A stretch of DNA of 60,708 nt, the filler included, from Sphacelaria rigidula (taxonomy: Eukaryota): the NCBI GenBank assembly GCA_964200075.2. It is 10 parts of 10 records of this genome, joined end to end, with 100 filler letters (N's around TTAATTAATTAA, not from the genome) between each part and the next. Parts side by side here need not be neighbours in the genome. Positions count along the whole stretch, not along the records: positions 48,649 to 54,628 come from CAXNAA020023036.1; positions 54,729 to 60,708 come from CAXNAA020023037.1; 8 more parts are not named here. One strand, written 5' to 3'. The position numbers were made by a program, and so were the translations under genes. Within the stretch, counting starts at the first letter, position 1; each line of letters starts with the position of its first letter. Below, in pieces: positions 49,579-60,708 of this stretch. A model generated the notes under the pieces. It was not told the origin of the DNA, searched no databases, and worked only from the letters and a program-made list of their open reading frames with translations.

Positions 49579-52500
49579 CTCGGCAAGAACGTCCGGCGCC
49601 AAATCAGACAGTACGTGGCTCCTTCACAGGTGTCCGACCAATCCACAGGGCCCATAGACTATGCGGTGAGTCACTCTCCCCCCCCTCGTATATCATCGAG
49701 ATGTTGCTCGCTTTGTCCGCTATTATTATCGTTGGTATGTATCTCGGGTGGTAGTTGGTAGGGGCCATGATCAGACTACAACTTAAGAAGGCACACAACA
49801 AGCAGAGGTACCGCTTCGCATTGTTCGCCGTTTGTCTCTCGTTCTTTGATTTACTTTACTCCGTTTTTTCTATCCTTTATTCCCCCGTCTCCCTCATCTC
49901 CAGAGTTTCCTTGAGTGAGTATTTCTCGTTTTGCTTGCCTCGGGTATGTCGATCTCGTGACCGTGGCTGGATTGCTAGGGGATCAGATCGTGTATTGCAA
50001 TGGACTAGCCCATCAATCAATCGCGGGGGGAGGGCAGCACCACGAGATGTCGGGATGTGGTATAGAAACAGGCAAAGCAAACTAGTAAGATGAGGTGGAC
50101 CCAGAACACCAAATGTGGCGGAAGCCCGGACAACACGCTACGAGTCGCATGCTGCTAACTTGTCATACCAGCATAATGTGTCTCGTGGGTCCGAGGAAGG
50201 AGGCATATCCGCGGAAACCATACATATACCCCACCCTGACTGTGATCATCAGTACCCATCGCGATGAAGATACGCGTTGACCGAGCAGGGTTGTTGGGCG
50301 CATTTAGGATTTGTTTTTCGCAAACAAATTGCGGCGAAATCAACCACACATTCGGATGAAAATGAGCTACAGTAAGACCAAAACTGTCAATTGAACTGCG
50401 AACTCTTGTGCCTATTTACGGCGTAAATTCAAGTGCGCATGCACTCTTATCCTCTCCCTGCTGTTTGGAAAACCTTTCCTTCTCTCTCTCCACATATCAC
50501 AGACGCAATATTCCCCGAGAATTGTAGGCACAGTGAGCGTCCCCTTGCATCCCCCGGAAGAGTTTTATGCCCCTGAACCGCGGGGACACCTCGTACATTT
50601 CTCGCATTGAGTCATATCCCCAGACCTACGGTCTGCAGAGAACGGGAGTCATCACCATACTGTTATCACCGGCGAAATCCTTGTTACAAGCCCACCCCGC
50701 TACACCATAGTTGATTATCTGCTCTTCGCCGGCATGTTACGGGATCAGCGTGGTCATGCCCGGCTGAGACCCATGGCACTACGGCGATATCCCCACTGTA
50801 CTGTAGTACTACTACTTTGAGGCATGTAGCTGGACACGTCTTGAAGAAAACGTTTTTTGCGTGACAGAAGCGTATAAAGAGTGGTGCTGTACGGATGCAT
50901 TCGGTGACACAATTGACAACAAAATCAGTGACCATATTACGCCGAAATACGGTAACACACAGGGTGCTTCTTACGCCAACAAAAAGCATATCCCTGACGA
51001 CCCCCTAGAAACAAATCAGGCGTAGATAGTCACAACGAGTCGACATGACTCTGTGATAGCACTGAAGTGTCATGATGAGTACATAATCGGAAATCGTGCA
51101 CGCGATTTGGAAGAACAAACACAACCCGTCAAAGTCAAATAACAAATAACAATGCCCAGGAGCTTCTCTTCAAACAAAAAAAATCCCCGATCAAACACGC
51201 CATCACTACAACAGGCCATATTCAACAAACACGACGTGAAAAGCAAGGGGTTCCTCAGCCGCGCCCAGCTCCGACTTCTCCTCAAGGATGTGGGACTCAA
51301 CGTAGAACCCAAGGATCTCCGCCTTTTGTTCGGCAGGATTGACTACGCCGGTGCAAACGGTGTTTCTCGGTGAGCATATTTCCTGTCTTGTGTTGTTTGC
51401 TTCTCTTGCCCCCTTTCGCACGAGTAAAACCTCGCGATTGAACTGATTTCGTGTCACAGCCACGAGCCATGTTGCTTTTCGTGTCTTCGTGTTCCCTTGT
51501 CTTTGCGTCGACTAATCTTCTGCCACGGCGAGTCAATTCTGATTGTCATCCCCCTGGGCGCGAGACCGTGCGAAACGGCCGCGAAAGCGTCGCTACACGA
51601 AGAAAGGCGGGATTAAATTTCCCCAACGCATACTCCCTTTTTTGTGGATGCTTTCGTATGCGTGTTCATGTATTATCGTCCCATCTATTCTGGACGCCGG
51701 TTTACACCTTTCGGTATGTGTGGGCGCATCAGCATGCGTGTATATACTACGAAGTATATCGATTTCGTATATTTCACTCATCATCCCGCCTCCCGCCGCC
51801 CCCCCCGCCTCTCCCCCCACGCAACCCCCCCTCCGCGAACCCGCCCTCCCGACGCTGCNNNNNNNNNNTTTCTTTTTTTGGGGGGCACCAGACTGGCTGT
51901 TTATACTACCAAGATTATTCTTTTTTTTTTTTTCCCCTCTCCCCCCCCCCCCCCCCCCCCCTCCCCTGCGCCCCCCGGAAATATCACCCGTTGACCCCGC
52001 AATTCCACGTGGAACTGATAAACGGCGGTATCTCCACAACCCGTTCTCGCTCTCGAGGAGTTGATCAGAGCCATTTTTTGTGGTAGGTTTCCTAATTGAA
52101 CCGGCCCCTTGCCACAACAGGACGTTCCGGGGAGAGGGAATGGAGGGGTCAAGCGCGTTCTATGGTAGAGGGTCAATGCCTGTAGAGTAAATCACACCCT
52201 GACCGTCATCGGGCACGTGTCACTCGATCTCAGACCCGCGGTCGACAAAGTTAGGAAGCATACGTTACCCCTAGTGAGAGTGCTAGCCAAGTTGGGGTGT
52301 GCTAACCCGATCAAAAGGGAAACCATCACCAAATGAACAACGGTACATACCATTTCCCGCTCCCTCCCCCTCTTCCTAGGGATTGTCGTCGTTTGGCAAC
52401 GACGCTGGAGAATGTGCCCCTCACTGCGTAAGCCAGGCAGCCTCGTAACCGTTCTTTTCGTCGCTTGCGTTTTTTTTTGCGGTAACCCTGATGGCGGTCG

Positions 52501-53562
52501 ACCTAGATCATATTGCGCAGAGTAGGAGAACCTCAACTCCGCGCAAAGGGGATGGTTGTACTGCGTAATGTTCAAACGGTGAGATACTCATGAGGCGGTG
52601 TTTAAACCGTGGCTGTCTCTGGAAGTGATGATACCAGAAAATGAAGCAACTCATCCGAGTCATCCATATCCAAGACAATCCGTACGATTTGAGCCAAGTC
52701 ATATTCGTAGTACGCAGCTCACCCTTCAAGCGCCTCGCCGAACGCATCACGGCGGTTCGCGCTTGGTGATTGGGAGCCTGGTCCGGCGAAAACCCGGCGT
52801 ACTTCGTCCTGGCTTCGCAAGGATGCAAGGTCAAAATTCATATGGCTGCGGCGTGCAAGATCACGAGTACACCCCTCCGGACCTACTTTTGGTACGTATT
52901 TTGTGTATTTCGAAATGCTGCATTCCTCGTGTTGTTGATGACCCGTGCTTCGCCTCTTCATGCTGATACTGTTCTCTACCGTCACGATCGAAAACTAGGG
53001 AAGAGTTCCTGAGCTTTGTCGCACTAACGGAAGATGAGTTGGACGGGGTTTGCGAGACGTTACGCCGGAAATTTGGAGCCGGTTTGTTCACTGCGGGTGG
53101 AACGTCATCCCGAAAAGAGCAGGTGAGCGATATCCGAAGCCACGGCTTGTTGAAATGTCTTGAGGAACTACTTGAGTCATGCTGCCCTTCTTGAAGACCT
53201 TCTCGAAATGAAGTAAGGCCATCAACACGGTATGTATTTATTGTAGAAGCAGACCTACAAAGTTTCCGGGCTGACCTTGTCTGATCACGAGTTTTGATAT
53301 TATGGGGATGATGGCGACTCGGTACATACCGTGACGATGTTCTCGGATGCCTAATGTGTTTATTGAATGCGTTGACAAGCACATTCAACAGAGAGCTGCC
53401 ACGTGTTTTCTCATGAATGGCACAGATTAAAGGCCTGAGGAGGCGCTTCGCGCAAGTGGACGACGAAGGGAACGGGGTGCTAACGCGGGAACAATTTTCC
53501 AAGATGCTGGAAGGAGTGGGCATCTACCTCACCGCACAAGAGCAAGAGCGCATCAAAGAGAG
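49579..53562 (+). CDS. Multi-EF-hand calcium-binding protein, internal exons 49579-49665, 51215-51369, 52999-53122 and 53426-53562
   Basis: Phase-consistent splicing (0, 2, 0) gives ...PIDYA|AIFNKHDVKSKGFLSRAQLRLLL...RIDYAGANGVSR|EEFLSFV...|IKGLRRRFAQVDDEGNGVLTREQFSKML, containing three EF-hand-like loops. Confidence 0.85.
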
Positions 53563-54305
53563 GTGAACGTACTGTGATCGCGTTCGCTGTCATCGACAAC
53601 GCACCCGTGGACAGGTGGGGGGGACGGAGGCGAGGGGCTCTGCTGGCTCTACACAGACCACAAATTATGACGGAACCCAACACATACCCACTCACCAAAA
53701 ACACGCATATACATGTTCCGCTCCCCCCTCCCTTTCGAGGGAGTGGGGGGGGGATCTGCGAATATTTCAGGGGGTCTCAGTGTTGGGGGGGTCAGTTGGG
53801 ATTGTCTAACGGGATCCCTAAACCCTTCGACGAATTGTTACCTCGTTTTTTTACCACAATTAAAAATGTTCAATCAATTCACTACACTAGCCGTCAGATC
53901 TCTCATCTCTCGTGTTCTCAACAGCTTTTGGACTTGATGAGCAGAACGAGATATAGGAACACGAGAGTTCCCTCACAACGCACTCTCCAGGTGCTGACTG
54001 GTGAGATGCATGCTGTCGTGTGACACACCCGCGCACACACCTGCAAGTTGAAGCGACGGCGACACGGGAAGGACCTTGGCACCGCGGAATGCCACCAATC
54101 GCGTCAGGGTCTCTAGTTTCTTACCCAAACACCATCCTCTCATCTACAACGAAACTTTCCATCAAGCTTGCCCTTACAGAGTGTGATCCTTGCGCAAGAG
54201 ATCGCCACTCCACCAAGAGTATGTATGCAATGGTTTCCCCGGGTAATCGTGGTTTGAGATCAGACCTAGCCATTGCAGCGCGCAATCGTGAGACACTGGG
54301 TGTTC

Positions 54306-54556
54306 GAGTCATCCTACGATAGGGGGGGGGGGTATTTTGGGTCACTTCTTGCACAAAATTCCAAGGCAAATCGTCGTTGAAAGCAGCAACGGTTACTCGA
54401 ACGAGCTTGTTATAGATATCTAACGCTCATTCATATCGATTGACAACGTTTTCAACCAAAAACAAGCACACCGCGAATGTGGCAGGTCGTCTGACACACT
54501 TATGAGCCTCTATTTTCGTACAATCAAATACCCCCCCCCCTACCGGTGAGACACCC
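54306..54556. mobile_element. ~250-bp MITE with G-run-containing imperfect TIRs; other left ends at 30227 and 60669
   Basis: GAGTCATCCTACGATA-G(n) is identical at three sites. The inverted caaata-C(n)-ta end is at ~54525-54556. Confidence 0.65.
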
Positions 54557-57170
54557 ATGAGGCAGTGTGTAAGCTATGGCTGTCTCTGAAAGTGCGATAC
54601 CAGAAAATATAGCAACTCATTGTAGGCTNNNNNNNNNNNNNNNNNNNNNNNNNNNNNNNNNNNNNNNNNNNNTTAATTAATTAANNNNNNNNNNNNNNNN
54701 NNNNNNNNNNNNNNNNNNNNNNNNNNNNGTTCCGTGCAAGAGAGATATGCCACTTCAGCCTCATATTTTGTATGAACCCCAAAAAATAAAATCGGCTGTT
54801 AATAGGAGTGACAAGAGTTTTCGACCAATCAGAGTATTTTAATATACGAAAATGCGGCGATCTTTCACCGATCAGATGACAGAAACTAGTGGTATTTGAG
54901 TGGCAAAATAGCTGTGATTGGCCCACATATGGTGCCGCTGCGAGTCACACAGCTGCTATCATCAATCGCTGTGGATACAGCAGCTCCGTACTGGCTCAAT
55001 TTGTTTGCCTCAATCTGCACGTACCCGCCTTGCGTGTTTTCCCTGATCATAGCACCCGACTACGACTGAAGTACCAGAGAAGACGCAACAGGCAGCTGCA
55101 CAGCCGTCACGTAATCGCTTCAACTTTGTGTAGACAGCACTATGATCCCACCCCAGTTCTGTGCAGACCGAAGAACAGCATGCAGCTGTACAACTGTTCA
55201 GACACTCTCCAGCGCACATCGCACCGTGGTCATCGTAGAGTGTTGAAATGCACAACAGTACAGCGATAACAACAGCATAGAAATGATGGGTGTGGGAGGC
55301 GCCTTGTTCGTGTGACGGAAGACGAAACAGTCAACTCACCATGAAGTTTCAACAGTGTGTAGACAGCACTGCCTGCCGACTAACATTATTTCCTCATGTT
55401 CTGTGAAGACGAATGCAGTGAGAGTAAGGCAACTCAAGCAATCCCAGCGGAGACCAGACCGTCTTCGCAAAGGTCTGAACACACGACAGCGCAATGACAG
55501 CTATAACACACGAAAGAGGGCGTGAGTGTGTTTGTGCTGTGCTGCAGCACAGTGAAACAGGGCATGTCCCACATGATAGTTCTCCCCCTGATTTTAAACG
55601 GGTCCTCAATTTTTTCCTAGTGCCGACTTCCAAACGCTCGGTCATAATCGCGCTTTGCGCGAAAATCTTTTTAGTTCACTTCGAGTCACTCCTATCTGTG
55701 GGACGTGAGCCAAAAACTGTGCACACCGAGCAGCCGGTGAAGAACCGAGGACTACCCTAAGAGAGGAGCTGAAATCGTCTTCACAAGTGTACAAAAGATA
55801 CAAATATGATCTGTTGCACAAGCCATGTGAAAGAGCCGCATTTTGCATGTTAATCGCAACTTCACTGTACCGCGTAACTCTAACGGTCTTCGAATAGTTG
55901 TAAGCCCTTGGTAGGTCAAAATGGAAACGACGGGCAAAAAGAGAAGTCAAACATGTTGATATATATATATATATATATGTGCGCATGGGAGTAAGCGGTC
56001 TGGGTTCCTCGCCTGACTACTGGAATTTGATTCTGCCCTTAACGCGGAATTTACCAGGTAAATGATATCACACGAAGAACGAGCACATAAATGCATCTAT
56101 GTTGTGCGTAAGGGGCTACTGTACGAAAATATGAGCTCCAAGGACACGAGTGTACGAAAGTATGAATTCCAGTACACGAGTACCCGCGAAGCTGTCTTGG
56201 TTATTACTTTCCCGATCAAGAGGCGTTAGAATACCAACCTCGCGTGTAGAAAGATTGAGTGACCACTGGTATTTGATGGTCCAGATCTGGAAAATCTGTC
56301 CGCTACGCACGTTTTTTTGTTGTTGGGGTATATCGGTTCACGGACAAAACACGGGAAGAGCAAGATGTACGTCGCGGAGTGACTGGAGCAGGGTCAGACT
56401 CCCCCCGGATTGGTATTGTTTTGTTAAGTGCAGCTGTTGGCATGTTGTAAATACTCGCCACGTCTCAGCGGACAGACAAGGACAGACGGGCAAAAGGGGA
56501 GAAACAGTTAGTGACGTATTTCGCACGCACCCTGCAGGAATACGTTTTTTTCTCACGTCTTTGGATATATGATCCCGTGCGAACGATGGGAAGCTAGAGC
56601 TTTCATTCCTGCGATTTCAGATCAATGATATTGTGCTGATGTGAGTCTGCTTTGAGGTGTTGACAACAAACAGCATCATGTGCACTTAAGACCTCTAGTT
56701 CGGTACAGACGATCCCTGTTCTCGAGACGGTACGCTATCTGTAACACAAGGCTGGAAGATGACGAAAATGCTATGGTCAGTATCGTCCATGCCACTGCTG
56801 GAGTTGCTAATTGGTGATATAGATGCCATATGGAATAATGGGTGCAGCTTTCGAAACTGCTCAGAAGGCAGGTACCGCTACCGTCTGCGCGACATTTGGC
56901 GTAACATTTGGCGTGAATGTTCATGATGTCAGCACGTACTGGAGGCGGCCCTCCGCTCGGTGGAGTAGCGAGTGTCGTGTGTTTCTACACCAGGCACAGC
57001 GGTCGGAGGATGCACTATCCTCATGTTAGTAAATGCTGCAGTGAATCAAAAGTCACCCAAACGGTGTCGATTTTCATATATCCGCTCCCAGGTGTGCACG
57101 AGTGAAAAACGTCACAAGAGGGTTTCCACGCGACCTGCAGCATTGAGTTGTCGGCGTCACGTCCTGAACA

Positions 57171-60064
57171 ATGGAGCGTACCTGCGGCACAATTCCGGCC
57201 GCCGGCGGTTCCAAAGGCGCACTGAGTGGCATCGCTGAGGTCGGCGTGGAAACGGCAGTAGGTGAGAAGGAGCTCAACGAGCGGTGGCATATGCGCATGT
57301 CATCAAGAACGAAACGCATGCAGTTGGCACTACCGTACAAGGCCTCCATCTCAGCGCATTGTCGCATCCTCGGGCACGATCAGTTGCGCGCGAAAATAGT
57401 TTCGTTTGTTACACTTTGTCGACGACTAGCGTATTGGCACGCATTCAACAATAATCAACTACACATGTTCGATAGGTCACAGTTACACCACATCGTCAAC
57501 TGAACGCTTAGAGTCTACCTCACGTCTGGACCAACCTACACTGACTTGAAGTGATACGAATATCGCGTGTCATCGTAGGCAAGTCAGAAATAATGCAACG
57601 ATAGGTCGCCATCATAACCTTCCAGCCAGGCACGTGACGGTGGAAACAGACGAAGGAATGCCCGTGATGTGTCCATTCTTGTAGGTTGCGTTTTGTATTT
57701 GAATGCAGTCCCATTCCTTCGCCGTGGGTAGGGTGTGTACTGGCCTAGGTCACATCATCAACTCGCGATGAGTTTTACGTGCTCGGTGCTTAATGGTTCA
57801 TTCGAGTTAAACGGGCAAAGTGCTCGTTCCATGCTCTTGTCCCAGGTAGCGACCTTGTTCCGGAGGTTTTGACCATTGCCCTCAACCAGACTTCCTCCGT
57901 GGGCGAGCCGTATTTGCTGACGAAAGAGCTACAGCTGGCTTCACTGCGGCTCTGCATCGTTTGTCGCAGCCTTTGCACCCTGCGTGTGAAATGTGATCGA
58001 TCTACACTGCGCAGGCTATGGACGGATACCGCCGAGCAATCTCCGACTGTGATAACCGGAAGTAGGGGCCGCACTGATGAAACTCGAGTGTTACTATTAC
58101 GAGCACGTAGTGTTGTATGGATGTCGTCTGCTGACGCAGCGTTCATGTCTCGCGAGACCAACCTCTTGGCCAATGTGCGAAGCGTGTACTTCGACAACAC
58201 GTTCAATCGTAGTCTAGACTATGTGGTGTGGCCGCAGCAAGTTAGGAAGATTGTATTTTGGAGCAGGTCCTCAGTGGATGGGTTCAACCAACCCATTTCG
58301 AAAGTGGTTTGGCCTGTGTCGCTGCAGCAGCTGATGTTCGGAGGTTCCTTTAACCAGCCGATCGAGGGTGTGGCTTGGCCCGCGTCGCTGCAGCTACTGA
58401 CGTTCGGAGAAGAGTTCAACCGGCCGATTGAGGGTGTGGCATGGCCTGTGTCGCTGCAGCAGCTGATATTCGGAACTTGCTTTAACCAGCCGATCGAGAG
58501 AGTGGCGTGGCCGGCGTCGCTGCAGCAGCTGACGTTCGAACAAGAGCTCAACAAGCCGATTGAGGGCGTGGCATGGCCTGTGTCGCTGCAGCAGCTGACG
58601 CTAGGAGATCGCTTCAACCAGCCGATCGAGGGTGTGGCATGGCCTGCATCGCTGCAGCAGCTGGCGTTTAGATGGATCTTTGACCACCCGATCGAGGGTG
58701 GATCGTGGCCTGCGTCGTTGAAGCAGCTGACGTTTGGATGGAGCTTTAACCGCCCCATCGAAGGTGGATCGTGGCCTGCGTCGCTGCAGCAGCTGACTTT
58801 CGGATATTCCTTTAACCACCCGATCGAGGGTGTGTCATGGCCTCCGTCGCTGCAGCGACTGACGTTCGGATATTCCTTTAACCAGCCGATCGAACATGTG
58901 GTATGGCCTGCGTCGCTTCAGCGTCTGATGTTGGGAGGTAACTTCAACGAGTCGATCGAGGGTGTGGTATGGCCTCTGTCACTGCAGCAGCTGACATTTG
59001 GGCGAGATTTCAACCAGCCGATCGAGGGTGTGGCTTGGCCTGCGTCGCTGCAGCAGCTGACGTTGGGGGAAGAGTTCGACCAGCCGATCGAGTCCGTGTC
59101 ATGGCCAGTGGCGCTGCCGGAGCTGACGCTGGGAGATCGCTTTAACCAGCCGATCGAGGGTGTGGCATGGCCTGCGTCGCTGCAGCAGCTGACGTTTGAA
59201 TATTACTTTAACCAGCCGATCGAGGGTGGATCGTGGCCCGCGTCGCTGCAGCGACTGACGTTCGGATATTCCTTCAACCAGCCGATCGAACGTGTGGTAT
59301 GGCCTACATTGCTTCAGCATTTGACGTTGGGAAGTAACCTCAACGAGTCGATCAATGGTGTGGTATGGCCTGCGTCGCTGCAGCGTCTGACGTTCGGAGC
59401 TTGCTTTGATCAGTCGATCGAGGGTGTGGCATGGCCTGCGTCGCTGCAGCGTCTGAGGTTGGGAAATTACTTTAACCAGCCGGTCGAGGGTGTGGCTTGG
59501 CCTGCGTCGCTGCAGCAGCTGACGTTCGGCACTTGCTTTAACCAGTCGATCGAGGGTGTGGCATGGTCTATGTCGCTGCAGCGTCTGACGTTTGGGCGAG
59601 ACTTCGACCAGCCGATCGAGGGTGTGGTATGGTCTGCGTCGCTGCAGCTATTGACGTTTGGGCGACACTTCAACCAGCCGATCGAGGGTGTGGCATGGTC
59701 TGCGTCGCTGCAGCTACTGACGTTCGGAGGAGAGTTCAACCAGCCGGTCGAGGGTGTGGCATGGCCTGCGTCGCTGCAGCAGCTGGCGTTCGGAACTTGC
59801 TTTAACCAGTCGATCGAGGGTGTGGCATGGCTTGCGTTGCTGCAGCAGCTGACATTCGGTTATTCCTTCAACCAACCGGTCGAGGCTGTGTCATGGCCTG
59901 CGTCGCTGCAGCAGTTGACTTTTGGAAGCTGTTTCAACCAGCCGGTCGAGAGTGTGGCATGGCCTGCGTCGCTGCAGCAGCTGAAGTTTGGATATAGCTT
60001 TAACCAGTCAATTGAGGGTGTGCGGTCATCTGCCTCTCTGGCTCGTCGGGTCAATAGGAGGTAG
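57171..60064 (+). CDS. F-box-like / FNIP-repeat (22-aa LRR-type) protein; exons 57171-57261 and 57846-60064
   Basis: ATG at 57171, phase-1 donor GTAG|gtgag and acceptor cccag|GT at 57846, in frame with the 731-aa ORF. Contains DLVPEVLTIAL...YLLTKEL...LCIVCRSL and 26 repeats of consensus FNQPIEGVAWPASLQQLTFGxx, matching the FNIP repeat pattern. The first exon is less certain than the second. Confidence 0.9.
58283..59998 (+). repeat. Coding tandem array, 26 x 66 bp with no indels
   Basis: The first unit starts TTC at 58283, and 26 x 66 bp lands exactly on the TTT AAC at 59999 that starts a truncated 27th unit. Confidence 0.97.
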
Positions 60065-60708
60065 CTTTAAGTGAACGATTGAGTGTAAGTGGACAATTGA
60101 GTGTGCGGCGTGATGGCCTACTCGTGTGCAGCAGCTGAAGTTCATGATGCATTCCATTCGTTTGGTTGAGGTTAGGGCGTGGCCTTCGTTGATCTAGTAC
60201 CTGACATTATGGCGGCGGGGTTTAATATCCAGAAGAAGGTCTTTAACTTGTAGAGGCTACTTCAGCCAGTCAGTGTGGTGTACTCCTGATTGTCTTTACG
60301 GGGTACTACTGTACGTTTTTCCGGTACGTTTCCGGTATAACGTTGTACTCTTTGTACACACAAGTCAAACTGTACTCTAGTACCTGTGGTCGGTTCGTTA
60401 TGATGAACGAATCAGGAATAGCTGCCTCAAAAATGAGCTAGCGAGTCGCGGGCGATATTGCAGCCAACCTTTGGGACCAAGCTGCGTCGTTGTCATTCAC
60501 GGGTGGCCCCTGGGGTCTGTAACCTGGCCATTTTGGGACCTTATCCGCCTTTGGCAAGGTCCGCGGGTTGGGTAGACAACTGAAGAGCATTCGCACAGCA
60601 TGGACAGGATCGAAACAAAACATGCCCCAGTCTATAGGCGGGTGACTCCCCTGTAGACTGGAATATGGGAGTCATCCTACGATAGGGGGGGGGGGATTCG
60701 GTTGCACG

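Noticed and set aside
51451..52176. Several 90-210-aa Pro/Gly-rich ORFs
   Set aside because: They arise from intronic C/G-runs, an N gap and SINE sequence inside the EF-hand gene.
16153..53562. Functional cluster of LHC, DNAJC2, SDR, PhoD, methyltransferase and EF-hand genes
   Set aside because: Each gene is on a different, artificially joined contig.
58283..59998. 66-bp array as a CRISPR array or DGR-like cassette
   Set aside because: It is a fully open coding repeat with only ~6 hypervariable nt per unit. There are no spacers or cas genes, no template repeat, and no adenine-specific pattern. The RT fragments in the window are LINE-type and on other contigs.
58219..60054. Antisense and alternate-frame ORFs over the FNIP array
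   Set aside because: Shadow ORFs produced by the repeat periodicity.

Overview
Eukaryotic, intron-rich and repeat-rich DNA. A brown alga (Phaeophyceae) is inferred from the fucoxanthin-type LHC gene, the exon/intron style and the repeat content. The window is not one locus: it is ten unrelated contigs of 5982-5980 bp, sorted by size and joined by 100-nt N44-TTAATTAATTAA-N44 linkers. Partial spliced genes I could reconstruct by hand are an LHC (LI818/LHCX-like) antenna protein, a DNAJC2/ZRF1-like tandem-SANT C-terminus, an SDR lacking its catalytic Tyr, a PhoD-like phosphatase, an RMT2/GAMT-like methyltransferase exon and a multi-EF-hand protein. The most notable feature is a near-complete two-exon gene (57171-60064) with an F-box-like N-terminus and 26 perfectly phased 22-aa FNIP repeats. 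Each repeat carries a hypervariable two-residue site, with 17 different pairs, and the array shows block duplication and a frameshifted tail. It is a candidate diversifying recognition/ubiquitin-adaptor system. The rest is mostly non-LTR retrotransposon fragments that lack a poly(A) tail and sit in C/G homopolymer tracts, plus several MITE/foldback families, SINEs and satellites.
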